Origin: Eledone cirrhosa
Lineage: Eukaryota
Direction: 5' to 3'
Length of the DNA stretch: 64,000 bases
Assembly (NCBI GenBank): GCA_964016885.1
Contig: OZ024754.1
Span: 20,026,001 to 20,090,000, forward strand
Shown: one piece after another, positions 1-13,700 of the stretch
How the letters are laid out: every line of letters starts with the position of its first letter
Numbering within the stretch: position 1 is the first letter of the stretch
The notes under the pieces: model-generated
What the model was told of the DNA's origin: nothing
Databases searched by the model: none
What the model saw: only the letters and a program-made list of their open reading frames with translations
Position numbers and translations under genes: made by a program

Positions 1-2299
1 GTCACTTGTCATACATGTACAACTGTGGCTAAAATGACTCTTCCATTATATAGTTACTTTAGTTTCAACACAATCTCAGATCAAGTCACTTGCCAGACAT
101 GTAAAACTCTGACTAAAATGACTCTTCCATGATATAGTTACTTTAGTGTCAACACAATCTGAGATCAAGTCACTTGCCAGACATGTACAACTGTGACAAA
201 AATGACTCTTCCATGATATAGTTACTTTAGTTTCAACACAGTCACAGATCAAGTCACTTGCCAGACATGTACAACTATGGCTCAAATGACTCTTCCATGA
301 TATAGTTACTTTAGTTTCAACACAATCTCAGATCAAGTCACTTGCCAGACATGTACAACTGTGGCTAAAATGACTCTTCCATGATATAGTTACTTTAGTT
401 TCAACACAGTATCAGATCAGGTCACTTGCCAAACATGAACAACTGTGGCTAAAGTGACTCTTCCATGATATAGTTACTTTAGTTTCAGCACAGTCACAGA
501 TCAAGTCACTTGCCAGATGTGTACAACTGTGGCTAAAATGACTCTTCCGTGATATATTTACTTTAGTTTCAACACAGTCTCAGATCCTGTCACTTGCGAG
601 ACATGTACAACTGTGGCTAAAATGACTCTTCCATGATATAGTTACTTTAGTTTTAACACAGTCACAGATCAAGTCACTTGCCAGACATGTACAACTGTGA
701 CTAAAATGACTCTTCCATGATATAGTTACTTTAGTTTCAACACAGTCTCAGATCAAGTCACTTGCCAGACATGTACAACTGTGGCTAAAATGACTCTTCC
801 ATGACATAGTTACTTTAGTTTCAACATAGTCACAGATCAAGTCACTTGCTAGACATGTATAACTGTGGCTAAAATTACTCTTCCATGATATAGTGACTTT
901 AGTTTCAACTCAGTTTCAGATCAGGTCACTTGCCATACACGTACCACTGTGGCTAAAATGACTCTTCCATGATATAGTTACTTTAGTCTCAACACAGTCT
1001 CAGATCAAGTCACTTGCCAGACATGTACAACTGTGGCTAAAATGACTCTTCCATGATATAGTTACTTTAGTTTCAACACAATCTCAGATCAAGTCACTTG
1101 CTAGCCATGTACAACTGTGGCTAAAATTACTCTGCCATGATATAGTTACTTTGGTTTCAACACAGTCTCAGATCAACTCACTTGCCAGACATGTACAAAT
1201 GTGTCTAAAATCGCTCTTCCATGATATAGTTACTTTAGTTTCAACACAATCTCAGACCAAGTCACTTGCCAGACATGTACAACTGTGGCTAAAATGACTC
1301 TTCCTTGGTATAGTTACTTTAGTTTCAACACAATCTCAGATCAAGTCACTTGCCAGACATGTACAACTGTGACTAAAATGACTCTTCCATGATATAGTTA
1401 CTTTAGTTTCAACACAGTTTCAGATCAGTTCACTTGCCAAACATGAACAACTGTGGCTAAAATGACTCTTCCATGATATAGTTACTTTAGTTTTCAAACA
1501 GTCTCAGATCAAGTCACTTGCTAGACATGTTCAACTCTGGGTAAAATGACTCTTCCATGATATAGTTACTTTAGTTTCAACACAGTTTCAGATCAGGTCA
1601 CTTGCCAGACACGTACCACTGTGGCTAAAATGATTCTTCCATGATATTGTTACTTAAGTTTCAACACAGTTTCACATCAAGTCACTTGCCAGACATGTAC
1701 AACTGTGGCTAAAATGACTCTTCCATGATATAGTTACTTTAGTTTCAACACAGTTTCAGATCAGGTCACTTGCCATACACGTACCACTGTGGCTAAAATG
1801 ACTCTTCCATGATATAGTTACTTTAGTTTCAACACAGTCACAGATCAAGTCACTTGCCAGACATGTACAACTGTGGCTAAAATGACTCTTCCATGATATA
1901 GTTACTTTGGTTTCAACACAGTCTCAGATCAACTCACTTGCCAGACATGTACAACTGTTGCTAAAATCGCTCTTCCATGATATAGTTACTTTAGTTTCAA
2001 CACAATCTCAGACCAAGTCACTTGCCAGACATGTACAACTGTGGCTAAAATGACTCTTCCTTGGTATAGTTACTTTAGTTTCAACACAATCTCAGATCAA
2101 GTCACTTGCCAGACATGTACAACTGTGACTAAAATGACTCTTCCATGATATAGTTACTTTAGTTTCAACACAGTCACAGATCAAGTCACTTGCCAGACAT
2201 GTACAACTGTGACTAAAATGACTCTTCCATGATATAGTTACTTTAGTTTCAACACAGTTTCAGATCAGTTCACTTGCCAAACATGAACAACTGTGGCTA

Positions 2300-5200
2300 A
2301 AATGACTCTTCCATGATATAGTTACTTTAGTTTTCAAACAGTCTCAGCTCAAGTCACTTGCTAGACATGTTCAACTGTGGCTAAAATGACTCTTCCATGA
2401 TATAGTTACTTTAGTTTCAACACAGTTTCAGATAAGGTCACTTGCCAGACACGTACCACTGTGGCTAAAATGACTCTTCCATGATATAGTTACTTAAGTT
2501 TCAACACAGTTTCACATCAAGTCACTTGCCAGACATGTACAACTGTGGCTAAAATGACTCTTCCATGATATAGTCACTTTAGTTTCAACACAATCTCAGA
2601 TCAAGTCACTTGCCAAACATGTACAACTGTGGCTAAAATGATTCCTCCATGATATAGTTACTTTAGTTTCAACACAATCTCAGATCAAGTCACTTGCCAG
2701 ACATGTACATCTGTGACTAAAATGACTCTTCCATGATATAGTTACTTTAGTTTCAACACAGTCACAGATCAAGTCACTTGCCAGACATGTACAACTGTGA
2801 CTAAAATGACTCTTCCATGATATAGTTACTTTAGTTTCAACACAATCTCAGATCCTGTCACTTGCGAGACATTTACAACTGTGGCTAAAATGACTCTTCC
2901 ATGATATAGTTACTTTAGTTTCAACACAGTCTTTGATCAAGTCACTTGCAAGACTGTGGCTAAAATGACTCTTCCATGATATAGTTACTTTAGATTTCAA
3001 ACAGTCTCAGATCAGGTCACTTGCCAGACACGTACCACTGTGGTTAAAATGACTCTTCCATGATATAGTTACTTTAGTTTCAACACAGTTTCACATCATG
3101 TCACTTGCCAGACATGTACAACTGTGGCTAAAATGACTCTTCCATGATATAGTTACTTTAGTTTCAACACAGTTTCAGATCAGGTCACTTACCATACACG
3201 TACCACTGTGGCTAAAATGACTTTTCCATGATATAGTTACTTTAGTTTCAACACAGTCACAGATCAAGTCACTTGCCAGACATGTACAACTGTGGCTAAA
3301 ATAACTCTTCAATGATATAGTTACTTTAGTTTCAACACAATCTCAGATCCTGTCACTTGCGAGACATGTACAACTGTGGCTAAAATGACTCTTCCATGAT
3401 ATAGTTGCTTTAGTTTCAACACAATCTCAGATCAAGTCACTTGCTAGCCATGTACAACTGTGGCTAAAATGACTCTTCCATGATATAGTTACTTTAGTTT
3501 CAACACAGTCTCAGATCAAGTCACTTGCCAGACATGTACAACTGTGGCTAAAATGACACTTCCATGATATAGTTACTTTGGTTTCAACACAGTCTCAGAT
3601 CAACTCACTTGCCAGACATGTACAGCTGTGGCTAAAATCGCTCTTCCATGATATAGTTACTTTAGTTTCAACACAATCTCAGACCAAGTCACTTGCCAGA
3701 CATGTACAACTGTGGCTAAAATGACTCTTCCTTGGTATAGTTACTTTAGTTTCAACACAATCTCAGATCAAGTCACTTGCCAGACATGTACAACTGTGAC
3801 TAAAATGACTCTTCCATGATATAGTTACTTTAGTTTCAACACAGTCACAGATCAAGTCACTTGCCAGACATGTACGGCTATGGCTAAAATGACTCTTCCA
3901 TGATATAGTTACTTTAGTTTCAACACAATCTCAGATCAAGTTACTTGCCAGACATGTACTACTGTGGCTAAAATGATTCTTCCATGATATAGTTACTTTA
4001 GTTTCAACACAATCTCAGATCAAGTCACTTGCCAGACATGTACAACTGTGACTATAATGACTCTTCCATGATATAGTTACTTTAGTTTCAAAACAGTCAC
4101 AGATCAATTCACTTGCCAGACATGTACAACTGTGGCTAAAATGACTCTTCTGTGATATAGTTACTTTAGTTTCAACACAGTCTCAGATCAAGTCACTTGT
4201 CATACATGTACAACTGTGGCTAAAATGACTCTTACATTATATAGTTACTTTAGTTTCAACACAATCTCAGATCAAGTCACTTGCCAGACTAGTAAAACTC
4301 TGACTAAAATGACTCTTCCATGATATAGTTACTTTAGTTTCAACACAATCTGAGATCAAGTCATTTGCCAGACATGTACAACTGTGACAAAAATGACTCT
4401 TCCATGATATAGTTACTTTAGTTTCAACACAGTCACAGATCAAGTCACTTGCCAGACATGTACAACTATGGCTCAAATGACTCTTCCATGATATAGTTAC
4501 TTTAGTTTCAACACAGTCTCAGATCAAGTCACTTGCCAGACATGTACAACTGTGGCTAAAATGACTCTTCCATGATATAGTTACTTTAGTTTCAACACAG
4601 TATCAGATCAGGTCACTTGCCAAACATGAACAACTGTGGCTAAAGTGAGTCTTCCATGATATAGTTACTTTAGTTTCAGCACAGTCACAGATCAAGTCAC
4701 TTGCCAGCTGTGTACAACTGTGGCTAAAATGACTCTTCCGTGATATATTTACTTTAGTTTCAACACAGTCTCAGATCCTGTCACTTGCGAGACATGTACA
4801 ACTGTGGCTAAAATGACTCTTCCATGATATAGTTACTTTAGTTTTAACACAGTCACAGATCAAGTCACTTGCCAGACATGTACAACTGTGACTAAAATGA
4901 CTCTTCCATGATATAGTTACTTTAGTTTCAACACAGTCTCAGATCAAGTCACTTGCCAGACATGTACAACTGTGGCTAAAATGACTCTTCCATGACATAG
5001 TTACTTTAGTTTCAACATAGTCACAGATCAAGTCACTTGCTAGACATGTATAACTGTGGCTAAAATTACTCTTCCATGATATAGTTACTTTAGTTTCAAC
5101 ACAGTTTCAGATCAGGTCACTTGCCATACACGTACCACTGTGGCTAAAATGACTCTTCCATGATATAGTTACTTTAGTTTCAACACAGTCTCAGATCAAG

Positions 5201-8200
5201 TCACTTGCCAGACATGTACAACTGTGGCTAAAATGACTCTTCCATGATATAGTTACTTTAGTTTCAACACAATCTGAGATCAAGTCACTTGCCAGACATG
5301 TACAACTGTGGCTAAAATGACTCTTCCATGATATAGTTACTTTAGTTTCAACACAGTTTCAGATCAGGTCACTTACCATACACGTACCACTGTGGCTAAA
5401 ATGACTTTTCCATGATATAGTTACTTTAGTTTCAACACAGTCACAGATCAAGTCACTTGCCAAACATGTACAACTGTGGCTAAAATGATTCTTCCATGAT
5501 ATAGTTACTTTAGTTTCAACACAATCTCAGATCAAGTCACTTGCCAGACATGTACATCTGTGACTAAAATGACTCTTCCATGATATAGTTACTTTAGTTT
5601 TCAAACAGTCTCAGCTCAAGTCACTTGCTAGACATGTTCAACTGTGGCTAAAATGACTCTTCCATGATATAGTTACTTTAGTTTCAACACAGTTTCAGAT
5701 AAGGTCACTTGCCAGACACGTACCACTGTGGCTAAAATGACTCTTCCATGATATAGTTACTTAAGTTTCAACACAGTTTCACATCAAGTCACTTGCCAGA
5801 CATGTACAACTGTGGCTAAAATGACTCTTCCATGATATAGTCACTTTAGTTTCAACACAATCTCAGATCAAGTCACTTGCCAAACATGTACAACTGTGGC
5901 TAAAATGATTCCTCCATGATATAGTTACTTTAGTTTCAACACAATCTCAGATCAAGTCACTTGCCAGACATGTACATCTGTGACTAAATTGACTCTTCCA
6001 TGATATAGTTACTTTAGTTTCAACACAGTCACAGATCAAGTCACTTGCCAGACATGTACAACTGTGACTAAAATGACTCTTCCATGATATAGTTACTTTA
6101 GTTTCAACACAATCTCAGATCCTGTCACTTGCGAGACATTTACAACTGTGGCTAAAATGACTCTTCCATGATATAGTTACTTTAGTTTCAACACAGTCTT
6201 TGATCAAGTCACTTGCAAGACTGTGGCTAAAATGACTCTTCCATGATATAGTTACTTTAGATTTCAAACAGTCTCAGATCAGGTCACTTGCCAGACACGT
6301 ACCACTGTGGTTAAAATGACTCTTCCATGATATAGTTACTTTAGTTTCAACACAGTTTCACATCATGTCACTTGCCAGACATGTACAACTGTGGCTAAAA
6401 TGACTCTTCCATGATATAGTTACTTTAGTTTCAACACAGTTTCAGATCAGGTCACTTACCATACACGTACCACTGTGGCTAAAATGACTTTTCCATGATA
6501 TAGTTACTTTAGTTTCAACACAGTCACAGATCAAGTCACTTGCCAGACATGTACAACTGTGGCTAAAATAACTCTTCAATGATATAGTTACTTTAGTTTC
6601 AACACAATCTCAGATCCTGTCACTTGCGAGACATGTACAACTGTGGCTAAAATGACTCTTCCATGATATAGTTGCTTTAGTTTCAACACAATCTCAGATC
6701 AAGTCACTTGCTAGCCATGTACAACTGTGGCTAAAATGACTCTTCCATGATATAGTTACTTTAGTTTCAACACAGTCTCAGATCAAGTCACTTGCCAGAC
6801 ATGTACAACTGTGGCTAAAATGACACTTCCATGATATAGTTACTTTGGTTTCAACACAGTCTCAGATCAACTCACTTGCCAGACATGTACAGCTGTGGCT
6901 AAAATCGCTCTTCCATGATATAGTTACTTTAGTTTCAACACAATCTCAGACCAAGTCACTTGCCAGACATGTACAACTGTGGCTAAAATGACTCTTCCTT
7001 GGTATAGTTACTTTAGTTTCAACACAATCTCAGATCAAGTCACTTGCCAGACATGTACAACTGTGACTAAAATGACTCTTCCATGATATAGTTACTTTAG
7101 TTTCAACACAGTCACAGATCAAGTCACTTGCCAGACATGTACGGCTATGGCTAAAATGACTCTTCCATGATATAGTTACTTTAGTTTCAACACAATCTCA
7201 GATCAAGTTACTTGCCAGACATGTACTACTGTGGCTAAAATGATTCTTCCATGATATAGTTACTTTAGTTTCAACACAATCTCAGATCAAGTCACTTGCC
7301 AGACATGTACAACTGTGACTATAATGACTCTTCCATGATATAGTTACTTTAGTTTCAAAACAGTCACAGATCAATTCACTTGCCAGACATGTACAACTGT
7401 GGCTAAAATGACTCTTCTGTGATATAGTTACTTTAGTTTCAACACAGTCTCAGATCAAGTCACTTGTCATACATGTACAACTGTGGCTAAAATGACTCTT
7501 ACATTATATAGTTACTTTAGTTTCAACACAATCTCAGATCAAGTCACTTGCCAGACTAGTAAAACTCTGACTAAAATGACTCTTCCATGATATAGTTACT
7601 TTAGTTTCAACACAATCTGAGATCAAGTCATTTGCCAGACATGTACAACTGTGACAAAAATGACTCTTCCATGATATAGTTACTTTAGTTTCAACACAGT
7701 CACAGATCAAGTCACTTGCCAGACATGTACAACTATGGCTCAAATGACTCTTCCATGATATAGTTACTTTAGTTTCAACACAGTCTCAGATCAAGTCACT
7801 TGCCAGACATGTACAACTGTGGCTAAAATGACTCTTCCATGATATAGTTACTTTAGTTTCAACACAGTATCAGATCAGGTCACTTGCCAAACATGAACAA
7901 CTGTGGCTAAAGTGACTCTTCCATGATATAGTTACTTTAGTTTCAGCACAGTCACAGATCAAGTCACTTGCCAGCTGTGTACAACTGTGGCTAAAATGAC
8001 TCTTCCGTGATATATTTACTTTAGTTTCAACACAGTCTCAGATCCTGTCACTTGCGAGACATGTACAACTGTGGCTAAAATGACTCTTCCATGATATAGT
8101 TACTTTAGTTTTAACACAGTCACAGATCAAGTCACTTGCCAGACATGTACAACTGTGACTAAAATGACTCTTCCATGATATAGTTACTTTAGTTTCAACA

Positions 8201-8866
8201 CAGTCTCAGATCAAGTCACTTGCCAGACATGTACAACTGTGGCTAAAATGACTCTTCCATGACATAGTTACTTTAGTTTCAACATAGTCACAGATCAAGT
8301 CACTTGCTAGACATGTATAACTGTGGCTAAAATTACTCTTCCATGATATAGTTACTTTAGTTTCAACACAGTTTCAGATCAGGTCACTTGCCATACACGT
8401 ACCACTGTGGCTAAAATGACTCTTCCATGATATAGTTACTTTAGTTTCAACACAGTCTCAGATCAAGTCACTTGCCAGACATGTACAACTGTGGCTAAAA
8501 TGACTCTTCCATGATATAGTTACTTTAGTTTCAACACAATCTGAGATCAAGTCACTTGCCAGACATGTACAACTGTGGCTAAAATGACTCTTCCATGATA
8601 TAGTTACTTTAGTTTCAACACAGTTTCAGATCAGGTCACTTACCATACACGTACCACTGTGGCTAAAATGACTTTTCCATGATATAGTTACTTTAGTTTC
8701 AACACAGTCACAGATCAAGTCACTTGCCAAACATGTACAACTGTGGCTAAAATGATTCTTCCATGATATAGTTACTTTAGTTTCAACACAATCTCAGATC
8801 AAGTCACTTGCCAGACATGTACATCTGTGACTAAAATGACTCTTCCATGATATAGTTACTTTAGTT
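2300..8866. repeat. Tandem duplication of a 3267-bp block (39 monomers: 38x84+75)
   Basis: Private variants recur at +3267: GTCTCAGCTC 2341/5608, AGACTAGTAAAAC ~4286/~7553, plus TCATTTGCC, CTTACATTAT and GCCAGCTGTGT. ORF-track hits 4267 and 7534 are identical and 3267 apart. Ends are approximate. Confidence 0.93.
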
Positions 8867-8883
8867 TCAACACAGTCACAGAT

Positions 8884-10743
8884 CAAGTCACTTGCCAGAC
8901 ATGTACAACTGTGACTAAAATGACTCTTCCTTGATATAGTTACTTTAGTTTCAACACAATCTCAGATCCTGTCACTTGCGAGACATTTACAACTGTGGCT
9001 AAAATGACTCTTCCATGATATAGTTACTTTAGTTTCAACACAGTCTTTGATCAAGTCACTTGCAAGACTGTGGCTAAAATGACTCTTCCATGATATAGTT
9101 ACTTTAGATTTCAAACAGTCTCAGATCAGGTCACTTGCCAGACACGTACCACTGTGGTTAAAATGACTCTTCCATGATATAGTTACTTTAGTTTCAACAC
9201 AGTTTCACATCAAGTCACTTGCCAGACATGTACAACTGTGGCTAAAATGACTCTTCCATGATATAGTTACTTTAGTTTCAACACAGTTTCAGATCAGGTC
9301 ACTTACCATACACGTACCACTGTGGCTAAAATGACTTTTCCATGATATAGTTACTTTAGTTTCAACACAGTCACAGATCAAGTCACTTGCCAGACATGTA
9401 CAACTGTGGCTAAAATAACTCTTCAATGATATAGTTACTTTAGTTTCAACACAATCTCAGATCAACTCACTTGCGAGACATGTACAACTGTGGCTAAAAT
9501 GACTCTTCCATGATATAGTTGCTTTAGTTTCAACACAATCTCAGATCAAGTCACTTGCTAGCCATGTACAACTGTGGCTAAAATGACTCTTCCATGATAT
9601 AGTTACTTTAGTTTCAACACAGTCTCAGATCAAGTCACTTGCCAGACATGTACAACTGTGGCTAAAATGACACTTCCATGATATAGTTACTTTGGTTTCA
9701 ACACAGTCTCAGATCAACTCACTTGCCAGACATGTACAGCTGTGGCTAAAATCGCTCTTCCATGATATAGTTACTTTAGTTTCAACACAATCTCAGACCA
9801 AGTCACTTGCCAGACATGTACAACTGTGACTAAAATGACTCTTCCTTGATATAGTTACTTTAGTTTCAACACAATCTCAGATCCTGTCACTTGCGAGACA
9901 TTTACAACTGTGGCTAAAATGACTCTTCCATGATATAGTTACTTTAGTTTCAACACAGTCTTTGATCAAGTCACTTGCAAGACTGTGGCTAAAATGACTC
10001 TTCCATGATATAGTTACTTTAGATTTCAAACAGTCTCAGATCAGGTCACTTGCCAGACACGTACCACTGTGGTTAAAATGACTCTTCCATGATATAGTTA
10101 CTTTAGTTTCAACACAGTTTCACATCAAGTCACTTGCCAGACATGTACAACTGTGGCTAAAATGACTCTTCCATGATATAGTTACTTTAGTTTCAACACA
10201 GTTTCAGATCAGGTCACTTACCATACACGTACCACTGTGGCTAAAATGACTTTTCCATGATATAGTTACTTTAGTTTCAACACAGTCACAGATCAAGTCA
10301 CTTGCCAGACATGTACAACTGTGGCTAAAATAACTCTTCAATGATATAGTTACTTTAGTTTCAACACAATCTCAGATCAACTCACTTGCGAGACATGTAC
10401 AACTGTGGCTAAAATGACTCTTCCATGATATAGTTGCTTTAGTTTCAACACAATCTCAGATCAAGTCACTTGCTAGCCATGTACAACTGTGGCTAAAATG
10501 ACTCTTCCATGATATAGTTACTTTAGTTTCAACACAGTCTCAGATCAAGTCACTTGCCAGACATGTACAACTGTGGCTAAAATGACACTTCCATGATATA
10601 GTTACTTTGGTTTCAACACAGTCTCAGATCAACTCACTTGCCAGACATGTACAGCTGTGGCTAAAATCGCTCTTCCATGATATAGTTACTTTAGTTTCAA
10701 CACAATCTCAGACCAAGTCACTTGCCAGACATGTACAACTGTG
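8884..10743. repeat. Tandem duplication of a 915-bp block (11 monomers: 10x84+75)
   Basis: CCTTGAT at 8929/9844, TGCAAGACTG at 9061/9976, and CAACTCACTTGCGAG in both copies. Confidence 0.9.
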
Positions 10744-13700
10744 GCTAAAATGACTCTTCCTTGGTATAGTTACTTTAGTTACAACACAATCTCAGATCAA
10801 GTCACTTGCCAGACATGTACAACTGTGACTAAAATGACTCTTCCATGATATAGTTACTTTAGTTTCAACACAGTCACAGATCAAGTCACTTGCCAGACAT
10901 GTACGGCTATGGCTAAAATGACTCTTCCATGATATAGTTACTTTAGTTTCAACACAATCTCAGATCAAGTTACTTGCCAGACATGTACTACTGTGGCTAA
11001 AATGATTCTTCCATGATATAGTTACTTTAGTTTCAACACAATCTCAGATCAAGTCACTTGCCAGACATGTACAACTGTGACTATAATGACTCTTCCATGA
11101 TATAGTTACTTTAGTTTCAAAACAGTCACAGATCAATTCACTTGCCAGACATGTACAACTGTGGCTAAAATGACTCTTCTGTGATATAGTTACTTTAGTT
11201 TCAACACAGTCTCAGATCAAGTCACTTGTCATACATGTACAACTGTGGCTAAAATGACTCTTCCATTATATAGTTACTTTAGTTTCAACACAATCTCAGA
11301 TCAAGTCACTTGCCAGACATGTAAAACTCTGACTAAAATGACTCTTCCATGATATAGTTACTTTAGTTTCAACACAATCTGAGATCAAGTCACTTGCCAG
11401 ACATGTACAACTGTGACAAAAATGACTCTTCCATGATATAGTTACTTTAGTTTCAACACAGTCACAGATCAAGTCACTTGCCAGACATGTACAACTATGG
11501 CTCAAATGACTCTTCCATGATATAGTTACTTTAGTTTCAACACAGTCTCAGATCAAGTCACTTGCCAGACATGTACAACTGTGGCTAAAATGACTCTTCC
11601 ATGATATAGTTACTTTAGTTTCAACACAGTATCAGATCAGGTCACTTGCCAAACATGAACAACTGTGGCTAAAGTGACTCTTCTATGATATAGTTACTTT
11701 AGTTTCAGCACAGTCACAGATCAAGTCACTTGCCAGATGTGTACAACTGTGGCTAAAATGACTCTTCCGTGATATATTTACTTTAGTTTCAACACAGTCT
11801 CAGATCCTGTCACTTGCGAGACATGTACAACTGTGGCTAAAATGACTCTTCCATGATATAGTTACTTTAGTTTTAACACAGTCACAGATCAAGTCACTTG
11901 CCAGACATGTACAACTGTGACTAAAATGACTCTTCCATGATATAGTTACTTTAGTTTCAACACAGTCTCAGATCAAGTCACTTGCCAGACATGTACAACT
12001 GTGGCTAAAATGACTCTTCCATGACATAGTTACTTTAGTTTCAACATAGTCACAGATCAAGTCACTTGCTAGACATGTATAACTGTGGCTAAAATTACTC
12101 TTCCATGATATAGTTACTTTAGTTTCAACACAGTTTCAGATCAGGTCACTTGCCATACACGTACCACTGTGGCTAAAATGACTCTTCCATGATATAGTTA
12201 CTTTAGTTTCAACACAGTCTCAGATCAAGTCACTTGCCAGACATGTACAACTGTGGCTAAAATGACTCTTCCATGATATAGTTACTTTAGTTTCAACACA
12301 ATCTGAGATCAAGTCACTTGCCAGACATGTACAACTGTGGCTAAAATGACTCTTCCTTGGTATAGTTACTTTAGTTTCAACACAATCTCAGATCAAGTCA
12401 CTTGCCAAACATGTACAACTGTGGGTAAAATGACTCTTCCATGATATAGTTACTTTAGTTTCAACACAGTCTCAGATCAAGTCACTTGCCAGACATGTAC
12501 AACTGTGGCTAAAATGACTCTTATATGATATAGTTACTTTAGTTTCAACACAATCTCAGATCAAGTCACTTGCCAGACATGTACAACTGTGGCTAAAATC
12601 GCTCTTCCATGATATAGTTACTTTAGTTTCAACACAATCTCAGACCAAGTCACTTGCCAGACATGTACAACTGTGGCTAAAATGACTCTTCCTTGGTATA
12701 GTTACTTTAGTTTCAACACAATCTCAGATCAAGTCACTTGCCAGACATGTACAACTGTGACTAAAATGACTCTTCCATGATATAGTTACTTTAGTTTCAA
12801 CACAGTCACAGATCAAGTCACTTGCCAGACATGTACAACTGTGACTAAAATGACTCTTCCATGATATAGTTACTTTAGTTTCAACACAGTTTCAGATCAG
12901 TTCACTTGCCAAACATGAACAACTGTGGCTAAAATGACTCTTCCATGATATAGTTACTTTAGTTTTCAAACAGTCTCAGATCAAGTCACTTGCTAGACAT
13001 GTTCAACTGTGGGTAAAATGACTCTTCCATGATATAGTTACTTTAGTTTCAACACAGTTTCAGATCAAGTCACTTGCCAGACACGTACCACTGTGGCTAA
13101 AATGATTCTTCCATGATATTGTTACTTAAGTTTCAACACAGTTTCACATCAAGTCACTTGCCAGACATGTACAACTGTGGCTAAAATGACTCTTCCATGA
13201 TATAGTTACTTTAGTTTCAACACAATCTCAGATCAAGTCACTTGCCAGACATGTACAACTGTGACTAAAATGACTCTTCCATGATATAGTTACTTTAGTT
13301 TCAACACAATCTCAGATCAAGTCACTTGCCAAACATGTACAACTGTGGCTAAAATGACTCTTCCATGATATAGTTACTTTAGGTTCAACACAATCTCAGA
13401 TCAAGTCACTTGCCAGACATGTACATCTGTGACTAAAATGACTCTTCCATGATATAGTTACTTTAGTTTCAACACAGTCACAGATCAAGTCACTTGCCAG
13501 ACATGTACAACTGTGACTAAAATGACTCTTCCATGATATAGTTACTTTAGTTTCAACACAATCTCAGATCCTGTCACTTGCGAGACATTTACAACTGTGG
13601 CTAAAATGACTCTTCCATGATATAGTTACTTTAGTTTCAACACAGTCTTTGATCAAGTCACTTGCAAGACTGTGGCTAAAATGACTCTTCCATGATATAG

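Noticed and set aside
12-22. Overlapping ACATGT/TGTACA palindromes and one GATC per unit as regulatory or methylation sites
   Set aside because: Short palindromes are expected by chance in 84 bp, and these are freely mutated or deleted. They are useful only as restriction sites (RsaI, Sau3AI, NlaIII ladders).
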